The notes under the pieces are model-generated. The model did no database searches. It was not told where the DNA came from and saw only the letters and a program-made list of their open reading frames with translations. The translations under genes were made by a program, and so were the position numbers. Source: Macrostomum hystrix (taxonomy: Eukaryota; Animalia; Platyhelminthes). From it: 64,000 nt of DNA. Shown one piece after another: positions 37,533-50,200 of the stretch. Positions within the stretch are counted from its first letter, which is position 1. Every line of letters begins with the position of its first letter. Location of the stretch: NCBI GenBank assembly GCA_950097015.1, contig CATNEN010000001.1, positions 2,976,001 to 3,040,000 on the forward strand, written 5' to 3'.

Positions 37533-38462
37533 ATGGGTCTGCGACGTCGTATTGAACGTTTGCTGCATCGCAGTGATAGACGCAGGTCTTCCAGCCAGTC
37601 TCGATGTTGTCAGCTAGAGCGTCAGCAGCAACAGCAGCAGCAGCAAATGGTACAGCAGCAAGAACAGCAGCAGCAGCAGATTCGGCCTCAGTTGGGTAGG
37701 CGGGGTCCTACCGCGGACACAAGCAGGCCAGCGTTAACTACAACAACCGCGACACTAGTCACTCAGAAAGTTGTAACTAATAAATGTTTTAACGAATCTT
37801 GCTTAGTCGAACGTCGCGGTAATCATTACGCGAGCTTCTCTGCTTCTTCGTCTTCATCAGCGGCATCTTCAACAGCTGTTGTCCACGCAGAGGTTTTATC
37901 CTCAAATAGTAGTAGTGTGTGTCGTCAGCAACAGTGGGCCAATACTTGGCGTCCGACTAATGTTCGTCAGCTGAATTTTCTGCGTTTGGAATCTGGCAGC
38001 TCTAACGCATCCTGCTGCATTGCTGAACTGTCCTCCACGTCTGTGTCAGGCTCCTCGCTGCCGTCGACTACTTCGTCAACTAGAGCGTCGGCTTATTCGT
38101 CGGAGCAGAGCGCAGCCTCGTCACCAGTCTACGAAGAAATTGTTGAACCGTTGTACGATCGAGTAGCTAACAATGACAATACGGCAATCTACGCTGACGA
38201 AGACAGCTTAGAAGATGACTATGGCGAACGATATTGGCTTTATGCTTCTCTGCCTAGGCGGCATCGTAGAAGATCTCAGCCGGGTGCACCGTTGCATCAG
38301 CAGCAGCGACTGCCGCTTCCTCCGCCACCGCAGACTGTTCAAGCTGCAGGTGATAGTCAAAGATTTCACCGTAGTCTTCTGCAGCAGCAGCAACAGCAGC
38401 ATTTACTGCCACTTGGTTGCACTCAAATCGACTGGCGTGGTGTGAAGTGTACCAGCTTTTAA
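37533..38462 (+). CDS. Intronless low-complexity protein (309 aa) with poly-Q/Ser tracts and clustered tyrosine motifs; no recognised family
   Basis: ATG-initiated 930-nt ORF with GC and codon character like the neighbouring exons, in AT-rich flanks. CCAAT-type boxes at about 37231 (reverse) and 37343. Motifs VYEEI, EPLYD, AIYA and LYASL. Confidence 0.65.
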   Translation: MGLRRRIERLLHRSDRRRSSSQSRCCQLERQQQQQQQQMVQQQEQQQQQIRPQLGRRGPTADTSRPALTTTTATLVTQKVVTNKCFNESCLVERRGNHYASFSASSSSSAASSTAVVHAEVLSSNSSSVCRQQQWANTWRPTNVRQLNFLRLESGSSNASCCIAELSSTSVSGSSLPSTTSSTRASAYSSEQSAASSPVYEEIVEPLYDRVANNDNTAIYADEDSLEDDYGERYWLYASLPRRHRRRSQPGAPLHQQQRLPLPPPPQTVQAAGDSQRFHRSLLQQQQQQHLLPLGCTQIDWRGVKCTSF

Positions 38463-39441
38463 AATAGACCCTGATTATTGTTCTTTAGTTTTTAATAATT
38501 TTTACCAAAATTTGCATTTGCACGCCTTACAAGAAAATGTGAGGCGACATTTTATGATTATTTTATCTTATGTACTGATTGTACATTTATTCAAATTCAT
38601 TTTATCTTTTATCCTCCTTTTTTTCAAACTTGAATTACTCGATTTGCTACCGAATAATGGTATTTTTATATTTTTGTACTCAGCTTGTCGCTCGCTAGCA
38701 TAATAGTTTTTAAAAGTTTTATTTGTGAAACTTCTCCTTGACAAAGACTTGTTTTGCCATTTCCGAACTGTAGAGAGCATGGGAAAGTGTATTTTGTCAT
38801 GAAATTCAGCGCTTGTCCCTTTACCAACATTGCTGCTGCTGTCGCTGCTGATGTTGTTTTAACTAAAACGCTACTCTACACAAGCTTCAATTGTTTTTAA
38901 CGTGCCGTAATAGTTTTTAAATGAAACTATCGATCTTAATTTTGCTTTTTCGACAGCAAATTTTAAATATAGCGAGCAACAGGCGGTCGGTTTTACAATA
39001 ATTATTTTAGTCGAGAGTCGTTTTCGACTAAACTCGTTTGTTTAAATAAACGAATTCGTTGCTTTTTCAATAAAATAATCAAGCGCAAAAATATCGAGGA
39101 TTTGTTGCAAATTACAGATAAGTAGAATTGGTATGACTTTTTTGTTTAGCTGGTCCAACCATTTTCAAGTTTATATCGAGCTACAGAAACTTGATAAAGA
39201 GATATCATTAGTATTAACATTTTACGCACAATTTTTGATGGGGCTAATTGACAAACGAAAGTCTGTAGCACAAAATCAACAATAAATACGTCGTAAGTTG
39301 AATCTAAATCTTTCTTGCTATTTCAGCTTCGTCTGGTGTTGTGTCTGCTCGTGGCTTAATCCAAAGAGATTTGTAATAATTTCCAAAATTATGAGTTAGC
39401 AGTTGGTTGGAACTCCTCATAAAAGCTCTATCTTGCCCACA

Positions 39442-41017
39442 ATGATACAATCGAATCTGGAGCCAGACAGACAGCTTGCCAGTATCCGAGAGGAGCTAAC
39501 TGTAAAACTAGCCCTATTAAACTGTGCCTCACAGAGCTATCGCTTTGAAACTGCTCTGCGACCGTTTCCGCCGCAGTTTCGCGATAGCGATCAGACTGAT
39601 TCTGTTAAAGATATCGAAGCTCTACGCCAGCTATTGAATCGTGTTTGCTCAGAGATTGTCAAATTCGTTAATAACTGCTCGTCCATAGTAAATAGCCAAG
39701 TTGTTGCTGATGCAATCGACGACCGGTCTGAAAATGGCCTGCTTCGTTGGTTGCTGTGTGGTCCAGCTTATTCCTTAAAGCGTCAGCTACCATTAGCATT
39801 GGCAGTAGATGAAATTGAACAAAAAATTTCCGGGATTAGTCGCGCAAATAGGCTAGCTATGGATCCGCTGCAGCATAGGCCTAGTCTAGTATACAGTGTT
39901 CACTACAATGAACGCATTGAAAGACGCTTTCAAGAACTGCGATCTGGAAAGCGCACATTTTACGGGTAATTCAGAGTGATTTTGTTGCTTGATGATTACT
40001 ATTCAGTTGTGTCACGACTCAAACGATTCTTTAACGACCCAAGCGCTTATCTAGCGGCTGAAACAATTCTTTAAGGGCAACGCGATTCTCTAACAGCTCA
40101 AACCATTCTCTAACGACTTAAACTATTCTTTAACGACTCAAACTATTCTAAAACGGATCCAACTATTTAAAAACGACTCAAACTATTCTCTAACGACTCA
40201 GACCATTCCATACGCGATTCTCTAACGACATTAAAGTCTCTTTAATGACTCAAACTGTGTACCGTTTGAGAATTAGCTCTCAAATCTCACATCTCACAAC
40301 AAGCATGGTTGTGAGCACATAAACAACCTCTAACAAATCCCAACAAACCAAATCAGTTACCACGGCAGCCGGGCAGACAATCTGCACTCAATTCTGTCTC
40401 ACGGTCTGCACGCTCACCTTAGCTACGGTCGTCAGCCGCTCTACGGCGAAGGCGTCTATCTATCTACCGATCTTGGTATAGCACTCGCCTTCGCGTCCGC
40501 CGGTCTAGCTCAGCCGTTGGGCGATCGCCTGCAGTGCGTTGTAGTCGGCGAAGTCATTGACCAGCCCGATCTGGTCAAGCGTCGTCGACGTCGACAAACA
40601 GACACCACAAGCATCGGAAACGCCAACGAAGCTACAGTCGAAGTTGATGACGACATTGGCGATCTTCCAGCGGAATATTACGTGGTTAGCAGCAGCGAAT
40701 TGGTCATTGTTCGCTACGTCCTATTGTTCTCAGCCAATGAGCCGCGTTCTCTAGGCTTAGTACCTACTAGGCCAAGATCTGCCTCAGTTTTTCATAGAAA
40801 CAAAACGTGGATTCTGGCTGTCGCCTATCTGCTGCTGCTGATGTTGCTGCCTAGGCTGCACTCTTGGCTAGCCGCTTATGTCGGCGGAATCGTTCATCCT
40901 GACACTGATTTGGAAGACGCTGCCACCGCCGCTGCAGCCGCTGCGGCACCTAGCGCAAGCAATTCGGATAGCTCCGAAGAGTCCATGGGCTGGGGTGTCG
41001 ACTGGGGTGCCGACTGA
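39442..41017 (+). CDS. PARP16: PARP16-like mono-ADP-ribosyltransferase with a C-terminal TM segment; exons 39442-39965 and 40357-41017 (394 aa)
   Basis: N-terminal SYRFETALRPFP motif. Spliced catalytic core FYGYHGSRADNLHSILSHGLHAHL..LYGEGVYLSTDL..CVVVGEVIDQPD..PAEYYVVSSSELVIVRYVLLFS gives the H-Y-Y triad of PARP16. Hydrophobic TM near the C-terminus. Phase-2 GT-AG intron. Confidence 0.9.
40014..40255. repeat. Degenerate 20-bp minisatellite (AACGACTCAAACTATTCTCT) in the PARP16 intron
   Basis: About 11 degenerate units. Same family as the array at 42790-43555. Confidence 0.8.
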
Positions 41018-41234
41018 GATTTTCATCTTCGCTGTCGATAATATTATAATTTTTTGTCGAAATCTTTTTTTCATTACGTTTGACTGTGTGGCATATCTGC
41101 TCTTTAGTTTGGCTAACAATTTTTCATTTGGGTTCTTCAACCTCGGCTAACTCAGTTAATTTTCCTTTTTTGGCCGCTTTGTTCCACCGATTCACACATT
41201 TTCCGTCTCTCCACTCCCTTTTCACCCTCTCCAC

Positions 41235-41720
41235 CCACTTCCCGCCCTTTCTGCTTACTTTTCCGCCCTCTCCGCCTCCCCTTCCGCCCTCTCTGCCTCC
41301 TCTTCCGCCCTATCCGCCTTCTCTTCCGCCCTATCCGCCTCCTCTTCCGCCCTCTCAGCCTCCTCTTCCGCCCTCTCCGCCTCCTCTTCCGCCCTCTCCG
41401 CCTCCTCTTCCGCCCTCTCCGCCTCCTCTTCCACCCTATTCGCCTTCTCTTCCGCCCTCTCCGCCTCCTCTTCCGTCCTATCCCCCTTCTCTTCCGCCCT
41501 CTCCGCCTCCTCTTCCGTCCTATCCCCCTTCTCTTCCGCCCTCTCCGCCTCCTCTTCCGTCCTATCCCCCTTCTCTTCCGCCCTCTCCGCCTTCTCTTCC
41601 GCCTCCCCTTTTCGGTTTCTCTTCGCTCTCTTTCCGTCCTGTTTCCGCCCTTTCCTCCCCTTTCCGTCCCTTTCCGCCCTGTCCTGCTCTTTTCTCCACA
41701 CTCTCCGCTCTCTTTCCGCC
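41235..41720. repeat. 21-bp C/T-rich minisatellite (CCGCCTCCTCTTCCGCCCTCT) downstream of PARP16
   Basis: Direct periodicity. It generates the spurious Pro-rich and EEEAERA ORFs. Confidence 0.9.
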
Positions 41721-42463
41721 CATCAATAGTTTAATATTTTCTCCGGCCACTTTAATCGGCCGTGATTGACCCAAACTAGCATATGCCAAATAAAATATTC
41801 TAGTTGTGTCCTAACAGTATTCAAGTTTAATTGACCACTTTATTAATAAGTTTAACTTTAAAATCGTTATCTATGTCAATTTCAAAAGTGCAAAAACTTT
41901 TACTGTCAGTGATATATTTTTTAGAAAATATATTTCTTAGTATTTTTGTTCAAAGCAAAAAATGTCTTTTTTATAACCAAAAAACTTTTAAAATACTTTC
42001 ACGAATTGTCTGTTTTAGTAATATTTACGTACGTATTGCGTACGTATAGTAAATCGTATTTTTTAGATTGTGTACGCTTTTCTTCAATATCAAAGATTAT
42101 TTGATTGAAACTAATTTGGCTGCACAGATGTGTATTATTGTACAAAAATACACCCTAAGAAACGTTTCTAAACAACGAACTTTTCTTTTTGTCAGCTTTT
42201 TTAATCATTGTCTTAATTATAACCCTTCCACATGCCTCTCCAGGGCAATTCTAACTAATTCTACTATTTTGACCTCTAAAATTAGAGACTTAGTTCTAAA
42301 TCAATGTTGGACCAAATTTTCCCAATAAGCTTTAGTCTGATTCCAAAAGCGCTTTATAATTTCAGATTTTGAGCACGCAACTCAAGTGTTAATTCACCCG
42401 TTTGGGGTGATTATTTTAAACCAGCACAGGCTAAATAATTTGTTCTATTGACTAAGAATAGTC

Positions 42464-44189
42464 ATGTCGGATCTAGGCTCCAGCATGATGTCATTCGCTT
42501 CGTCAGCCGATGTCGCGGCACCAGTCAGTGGCAGCGGCAGCGATTCGACCTTCTTGAAGCAGTATCTAAAAAATCAGACTATACAACAGCAGCTAGAGCG
42601 AGCACTAGTGAACCGCTATTTCTACGTGTTCATTCTGTCGCTGCTGTGCATTATCGCCTGGTTCACTTTCATTGTGTTCTTCAATCCGCGTGTCATGGGG
42701 TTGATTCTGTCCCAGATACTAAGAAGATTTATGACTGCTTCAACTTTGTCATTTGGTAAGAGCCATGCAATCTTGACTATGTCTTTGGATTCAAACGCTT
42801 CTCCAAGATTTTAAAACGACTCAAGCGCTTCTCTAACTCTTCAAACGACTCAAACCATTCTCCAAAGAGTCAAACGTCTCAAGTGATTCTCAAACGACTC
42901 AAATGATTCTCAAACGATTCAAATGATTCTCAAACGACTCAAACTATTCTCAAACGACTCAAATGATTCTCAAACGACTCAAATGATTCTGAAACGACTC
43001 AAATGATTCTCAAACGACTCAAACTATTCTCAAACGACTCAAGTGATTCTCAAACGACTCAAGTGATTCTCAAACGACTCAAATGATTCTGAAACGACTC
43101 AAATGATTCTCAAATGACTCAAGTGATTCTCAAACGACTCAAATGATTCTCAAACGACTCAAACGATTCTCAAACGACTCAAACGACTCAAACGACACAA
43201 ACGACTCAAGCGCTTCTCTAACTCTTCAAACGACTCAAACCCTTCTCCGACGACTCAAACCATTCTCTAAAGAGTCAAACGACTCAAATGATTCTCAAAT
43301 GACTCAAATGATTCTCAAACGACTCAAACGACTCAAACGACACAAACGACTCAAACGATTCTCAAACGACTCAAACGACTCAAACGATTCTCTAACGGCT
43401 CAAACAACCCAAACGACTCCAACGTTTTGCTAACAGCTCAAATGACTATATCGACTCAAGCAATTCTCAAACGTTTCTTAAACCACTCAAATGCTTCTCA
43501 AACGACTCAAACGCTTCTTTAAAGGCTCAAACGGTCCTCTAAAGACTCGAACCCTTTTCAAATAATACATTGTTTTCAATGAAAAACATTACTTTTTTTA
43601 TAAAAAAACTAACAAGTTGAATAAATCTTGCTTGCAGATTCAATCTCCATAGCAATCTTCAGCGGTAGAATTAAATTTCGCAATCTACTCTACGTTACTG
43701 ACGATTATTCTATTCGCTGCAAAGAGGGCATTGTTCAGTTCAGCTATTGGCTGCCCTATCAGCCCGGCGGAGGCCTTAGCGGCGGTAAAGGCATCGGACT
43801 GGGCTTTATCGGCGGAGGTGGCGGCGGCGGCGGCGGCGGCGGATCTCGCCGACATCACGCAGGCGACGAGTATTTGCCGTTGAAGGCGATGCCGTCTACA
43901 TCGACAGCGGCGGCGGCGGCAGCTGGGACATCGGCGTCTGCAACTGGCGCCTCTTCGGCGACAGCTTTCGGCGCTGGCGGCATCGGGGTCTCGTCCGGTG
44001 TCGGCAGCGGCGGTGGCGGCGGCAGACACGCCAGAGGCGGAGGCGATGGCACATCGTCCAGTAGTAAGCAGCGCAGACTGGTTTGTCGCCTGTACGGTGC
44101 CGAGTATCACTGGTACAATCGTACGGAGGTCTACGATGAATTAATTGATCTTTTTGGTTGCGATGGAGTGCCAAAAGCGGCTAGGCAGA

Positions 44190-44237
<48 letters not shown>

Positions 44238-47200
44238 GACCTAGAGCGTCAAGTACAAAATCTGGCGGCAGCCAAGACCCGGACACGAACGCCGGCTCAT
44301 CAGCGAATAAGAAGAAAGGCTTTATTTCCACCGTGTCAGCATCCACTGCTGCCGATGATAAGGCTGAGTTAGTAATCTGTTTCTCCGAACTATCTTGTCT
44401 GTATTGCACTAGCTGTATTGAAGCATCAAGTTAATTATATAATTTCAGGCAGAGCAAAAGAGTCGGTGTACTCAGATGGCGGGAACTCATACCTGTGATT
44501 CGGCTGGAAATTGAAACCGTAAGTGCTCGGTCTACTTTGTTTAATTCTTATTAATAAAAATAGACGAAATTAACTTTCCCTTAAAAGGGCCGTTTTATAA
44601 TTGGCAATCACCTGATGCCGTCTATCCTGTGCATCACCTGCGATATAGCGCTAATAGACTACAGCACTAAGGAGGCGTCGACAGTCTACGATTTGTTTAT
44701 GCATTCTTACGAGTGCCAGCTAAGGCGCAGTTCTATTTCCTGGGTGCTGACGCCTAACTATAAAGGTCCACACGAACAGACTGAGTGAGTTTGATTTTGA
44801 TTTTAAAGATCAAATAAAACTTTTTCCGATGAAACAACTTCCAGAATCTTTCACAAAAATCTATCATTCGCTTTGGTAGCTATCATGAAATAGTATTTGA
44901 AATACCTGGTCTTTCCTCAGCGGAATAATATCGTTTTCTTTCTACTGTTGAATCAATTTGCTTCTCAGAATTTTAAATGCAAAGTATTTGTCAAATAAAA
45001 AATTGCGACATTTCGGGCGTTTGCCTCTCGCACTAAGGTCCCCGAGTTCTTATCACGAGACCACATTAATTTTGGGACGCAGTAGCGGAGATAAAACTGT
45101 GGCTTGTCGCGCAACTGAATGTGTCGCCAAATGACACATTCACTACCAGTACCGTCACCAAATGATGTGCCATCGCCCTGAGCATGTTTTTTCCCCTGTT
45201 CGGTGTTCTCAGGCCACCGCCAAGCCTAGGCGGTCTCGGCTACACCGTGCTCAAAGCTAAACGCTTGACATTCAATTATTCTTGGGACGAGCCCGGCCTG
45301 GAGCCGATGGAGCCGAGCCTGTTACATTTCTCTTCCTCGTCGGCTGGCGGCGGAGGCGCCGGCGCAGGCGGCGAAGTTCGGGCGCAGCGCAGCTACCCAG
45401 AATGGCGCATTCGTGTCACCTGTGGCGAGGACGTGTCCATGTGCTACGGTCCGTGGGCTGATCGGCAGCGAGAGCACCTTTGGCAGCAGTTCGCTCCGGC
45501 GCGTCAGACTAAATATACGCCGGATAATCCTACTCAGCCGGGAGAGCGGAGGCAGTATCAGCGGCTCACTGTATCCTGCCTACTGTCGGCTGAGTTCACC
45601 AGCTTAGAGATTGCATTCGCTAAGCCGGATAGTCTGGATAATTATCGACTGGCTGTCCGACTAGGCAAGGGCTCCGTTGTTGATGTTGAAGTGCCGTTTC
45701 TAACAGCTGCTGACGGATTTACAACTACCATCACTCTGAATCTGTTGAACACCTCGGCTTCGTAAGGATCACCTGCTTAGCAATACTTTGATTTGTGTTA
45801 TAAGAAGAATCAGTGGGATAAGCGGATTATCTGATCCTGAGGAATCAATGGGATAAGCGGATTATCTGATCCTGAGGAATCAATGGGATAAGCGGATTAT
45901 CTGATCCTGAGGAATCAATGGGATAAGCGGATTATCTGATCCTGAGGAATCAATGGGATAAGCGGATTATCTGATCCTGAAGAATCGGTGGGATAAGCGG
46001 ATTATCTGATCCTGAAGAATCGGTGGGATAAGCGGATTATGTGATCCTGAGGAATCAGTGGGATAAGCGGATTATCTGATCCTGAAGAATCGGTGGGATA
46101 AGCGGATTATGTGATCCTGAGGAATCAATGAGATACGCGGATTATCTGATCCTGAGGAATCAATGGGATAAGCGGATTATCTGATCCTGAGGAATCAGTG
46201 GGATAAGCGGATTATCTGATCCTGAGGAATCAATGGGATAAGCGGATTATCTGATCCTGAGGAATCAATGGGATAAGCGGATTATCTGATCCTTAGGAAT
46301 CAATGGGATAAGCGGATTATCTGATCCTGAGGAATCAATGGGATAAGCGGATTATCTGATCCTGAGGAATCAATGGGATAAGCGGATTATGTGATCCTGA
46401 GGAATCAATGGGATAAGCGGATTATGTGATCCTGAGGAATCAATGGGATAAGCGGATTATCTGATCCTGAGGAATCAATGGGATAAGCGGATTATCTGAT
46501 CCTGAGGAATCAGTGGGATAAGCGGATTATCTGATCCTGAAAAATCGGTCGGATAAGCGGATTAGGAAATATGGCCCTAAAGAATCGGTGGGATAAGCGG
46601 ATTATCTAATCCTGAAAAATCGGTCGGATAAACGGATTATCTGATCCTGAAAAATCGGTCGGATAAGCGGATTAGGAAATATGGCCCTAAAGAATCGGTG
46701 GGATAAGCGGATTATCTAATCCTGAAAAATCGGTCGGATAAACGGATTATCTGATCCTGAATAATCTGTCGGATAAGCGGATTAGGAAATATGGTCCTAA
46801 AGAATTGGTAGGATAAGCCGATTATCTGATACTGAAGAATTAAGGGTTATCATAGTCGCATCTCCCATCGTCACCTTCAGCACACACCCGTTGACCTTCG
46901 GCCTGCTGGAACGCACGGAGCACATCATCGGCACAGTGACGGTGCACTATCCACTGGACTGGAACGGTCACCAGCAGTGGAATCTGGATTTCACTGTCGA
47001 CATGGCTGGCGAATCTAAACAGGGCGGCATCGCTTTTCTATTTGATCACAAGAATTTTTTCAAAGCTCTGGCAGACGATTGGGTTGGCAGACACAAGAGT
47101 AGTGTGCTCAAATTTCTGCCCTACACCTACAAGATTTCTGTGGTTGTTAATAATTTCTTTGTCAAGGTAAAACCATACAGAATCATTTCTTGAGTTTTAA

Positions 47201-50200
47201 AATTTATTGCCTGTGAAAATGTTGATAATTTTATGTGCATTTCTTAGAAACCATTTAAAACTGGAACTGAACCTGAACTTGCCCTACTTGGGCCAGAAGA
47301 TAAGGCTGCGTACGGCTGTTCAGTCCATGGACTGGGGGCACGGCACACCCACCCCAAGAATTCTCCAAGGAATGAGTGCAGAGCGGTCTAACGTGTTTGC
47401 CTCTCGAACCAAGGTCCTGAGAAGGCTTGGTGGCTTGTCGTTCAATTAACGCCCTTTAGGGCCAACCTCCAAGGCACAGTGAGAGTGTAACACTGCCTGA
47501 CGACGAGAAAGTCAGGGCAGATGTACACACCTGTGTGCGTGTGTGCTCAGGAGTCAGCGGAATGGGCAGAATTGTCTCCTCGCTGGCTGCGGGTCTAGTG
47601 TTACCAAATGGTGTGCCATTGCCCTCCTACAACTATTATTATTATTATTATTATTGATCACGCACAGGTGCTAGCCAACGACTACAACTGGTTAGACAAC
47701 AGCACGGGCTCTGGCGAGCAGGAAAACGCCCTGATTGGCCTCATCGGTGACAGTTTGAAGCTTGAATTAACCCTGCCCTACACCGAATACCTGCCGGACA
47801 CGGTGAAAGTTAATCTATTAATTGACGCCGCTAATCCACTGTGCTCACTCTACCTGCCCAGTGTGAGCTCGTGTCGCTATCTATTGGAAGATTTGAGTAG
47901 AAATCTGAGAATCACAGACCGGCAGTTGAGACCAGGGCTGCCGTTCTCCGGGCCTCAGTCCACTCACAAGCCTGGCTGGATTGACTGCGTCAAGGCGCCT
48001 GAGGCTACTGTGCACCTCAGCTTCACCTACTATCCCATGCCCTGCGTAGATTCGGCGAGACCCTATCTGCCTGAAGGATTCTTTACTAGCGAGGCCTGCG
48101 TTGTTAAAGATAAACGACTGCCGCAGAATATCACCGTGAGTTTAAAAAAATGACAATTTTCTTTCATTTTGTTTGCTGCTGTTTTTTTAGTTTCTCCCAT
48201 ATCTTTTTCTCTCACTCTCTGATTTATCCCAAATTATCCTCTTTGTTTCATATCAACTCTTTTCTCTTATACTTTCTGTATCTTTTTATGTCCCATTAAT
48301 CTCTATTCCTCTTTTCTTTCTCCCCTTTCTCCCCTTTATTCTGTTTGTACCCATTCTTAAATTTCTAACCTTGCATCCGTTTCTTCTCTATCTCATTTTC
48401 TCCTATTTTGCCTTCTCCCTTCTCTCCTCTTTCTCATCTTTCTCCCATTTCTCCTCTTTCTACCATTTCTCTTCTTTATCCCATTCTCCTCTTTATTCCA
48501 TTTCTCCTATTTGTCCCATTTCTCCCCTTTCTCCCATTTCTCCCCTTTCTACCATTTCTCCTCTTTCCTAGTTCTCCTCTTTCTCCCATTTCTCCTCTTT
48601 CTCCCATTTTTTCTTCCTTTTCCCATTTCACAAATTTCTCCCCATTTTTATCATTCTCATATTTCTCCCATTTCTCTTTTTTCTCCCCATTTTTTACTTT
48701 CTTTCGCCTCTTTCTCCAATTTCTCATATTTTCCTTCTATTCCTGTTTATAAGAATCTCATTTAACCTATTCTTTCATTTTCTGCCAATAATCCCTATTT
48801 CTTTTGATACTTGCCTTACTTTGATTTCTCCCTATCTATCCCCACATTCCCTTCTTCAATTTATATCTTTCCTTATCTATCTATTTTATTATTTCTATTA
48901 TTATATTTCCGAGAGTTAATTCGCAGCATGGATTAAAACCATGGATTAATGCTAATCCCAAACCAAGGTTGACACTGAAAAATTTGACGTGAGCTACATG
49001 TCGCCGGATCTGATCGAAGTGTCAGTCGAGGTCAGCCACGCCACGGCCCTATTGCACGGCGCATTTATACGGCATTTCATTCACGTCAAAGAGAATTACT
49101 TTGGCGCGCACCAGGTACCTAGGGAGTTTGAGTCGGCTAGCTCAGGTACGGCCTCCATAATTAGCCGGCCTCGATATCCGCGCCTAATTGAATTGGAAAA
49201 ATTCGACCCGAGAGATTGGCGACCATTCGGAGTGAGGGCCAATTTAGCTTTCCACGAAATTCAAGGCCACCTGCCGTGCCATTCTAGCGATCAGTTGCCG
49301 CTGTGTCCGACTGTGTTTGTCAATTGTCTGTCATTCGAATTGAACAAGAACTACGAAGAGACCCGGCTGCAACTGTGCGTGTCACCTGCTCAACTGTTCG
49401 CATTCGACGCTGCAACTAGACCCGCGTCGAAACAGTTGCAGCAGGGTATGCTGCTGCTCGGAGGCCTGCAGGTGGGATAGGATAGTGCATCTGCAGTGTT
49501 TATTACTCTAGAGATCTCATGTCTAGAGTTAATTGAGCACACTTGATGATTTCACGCTATATTTGAGCACACTTGTTGATGTTATATAATTGTGCACAAT
49601 TGATGACGTCATATCATAATTGAGCACACTTGATGATGTCACATCATAATTGAGCACATTTGATGATGTCGCATCATAATTGAGCACACTTGATGATGTC
49701 GCATCATAATTGAGCACACTTGATGATGTCGCATCATAATTGAGCACATTTGATGATGTCGCATCATAATTGAGCACACTTGATGATGTCGCATCATAAT
49801 TGAGCACATTTGATGATGTCGCATCATAATTGAGCACACTTGATGATGTCGCATCATAATTGAGCACACTTGATGATGTCGCAACATATTTGAGCACACT
49901 TGATGATTTCATTTTATGATTGAGCACACTGATGATTTCACATTATGATTGAGCACACTTGATGATTTCACATTATGGTTGAGCACACTTGATGAAGTCA
50001 TACCATTATTGAGTACACTTGATGATGTCACAGCATTACTGAGCACACTTGATGATGTCATACCATTATTAAGCACACTTGGTGATTTCACACAATATTT
50101 GAGCACACTTGATGATGTCATATCATAATTGAGCACACATGAAAATTTCACATTATGATTGAGCACATTTGATGATGTAATATAATAATTGAGGACACTT

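Noticed and set aside
41080-41789. Extensin-like Pro-rich ORF and antisense EEEAERA coiled-coil ORF
   Set aside because: Both derive from the 21-bp minisatellite, with non-ATG starts and no supported splice context.
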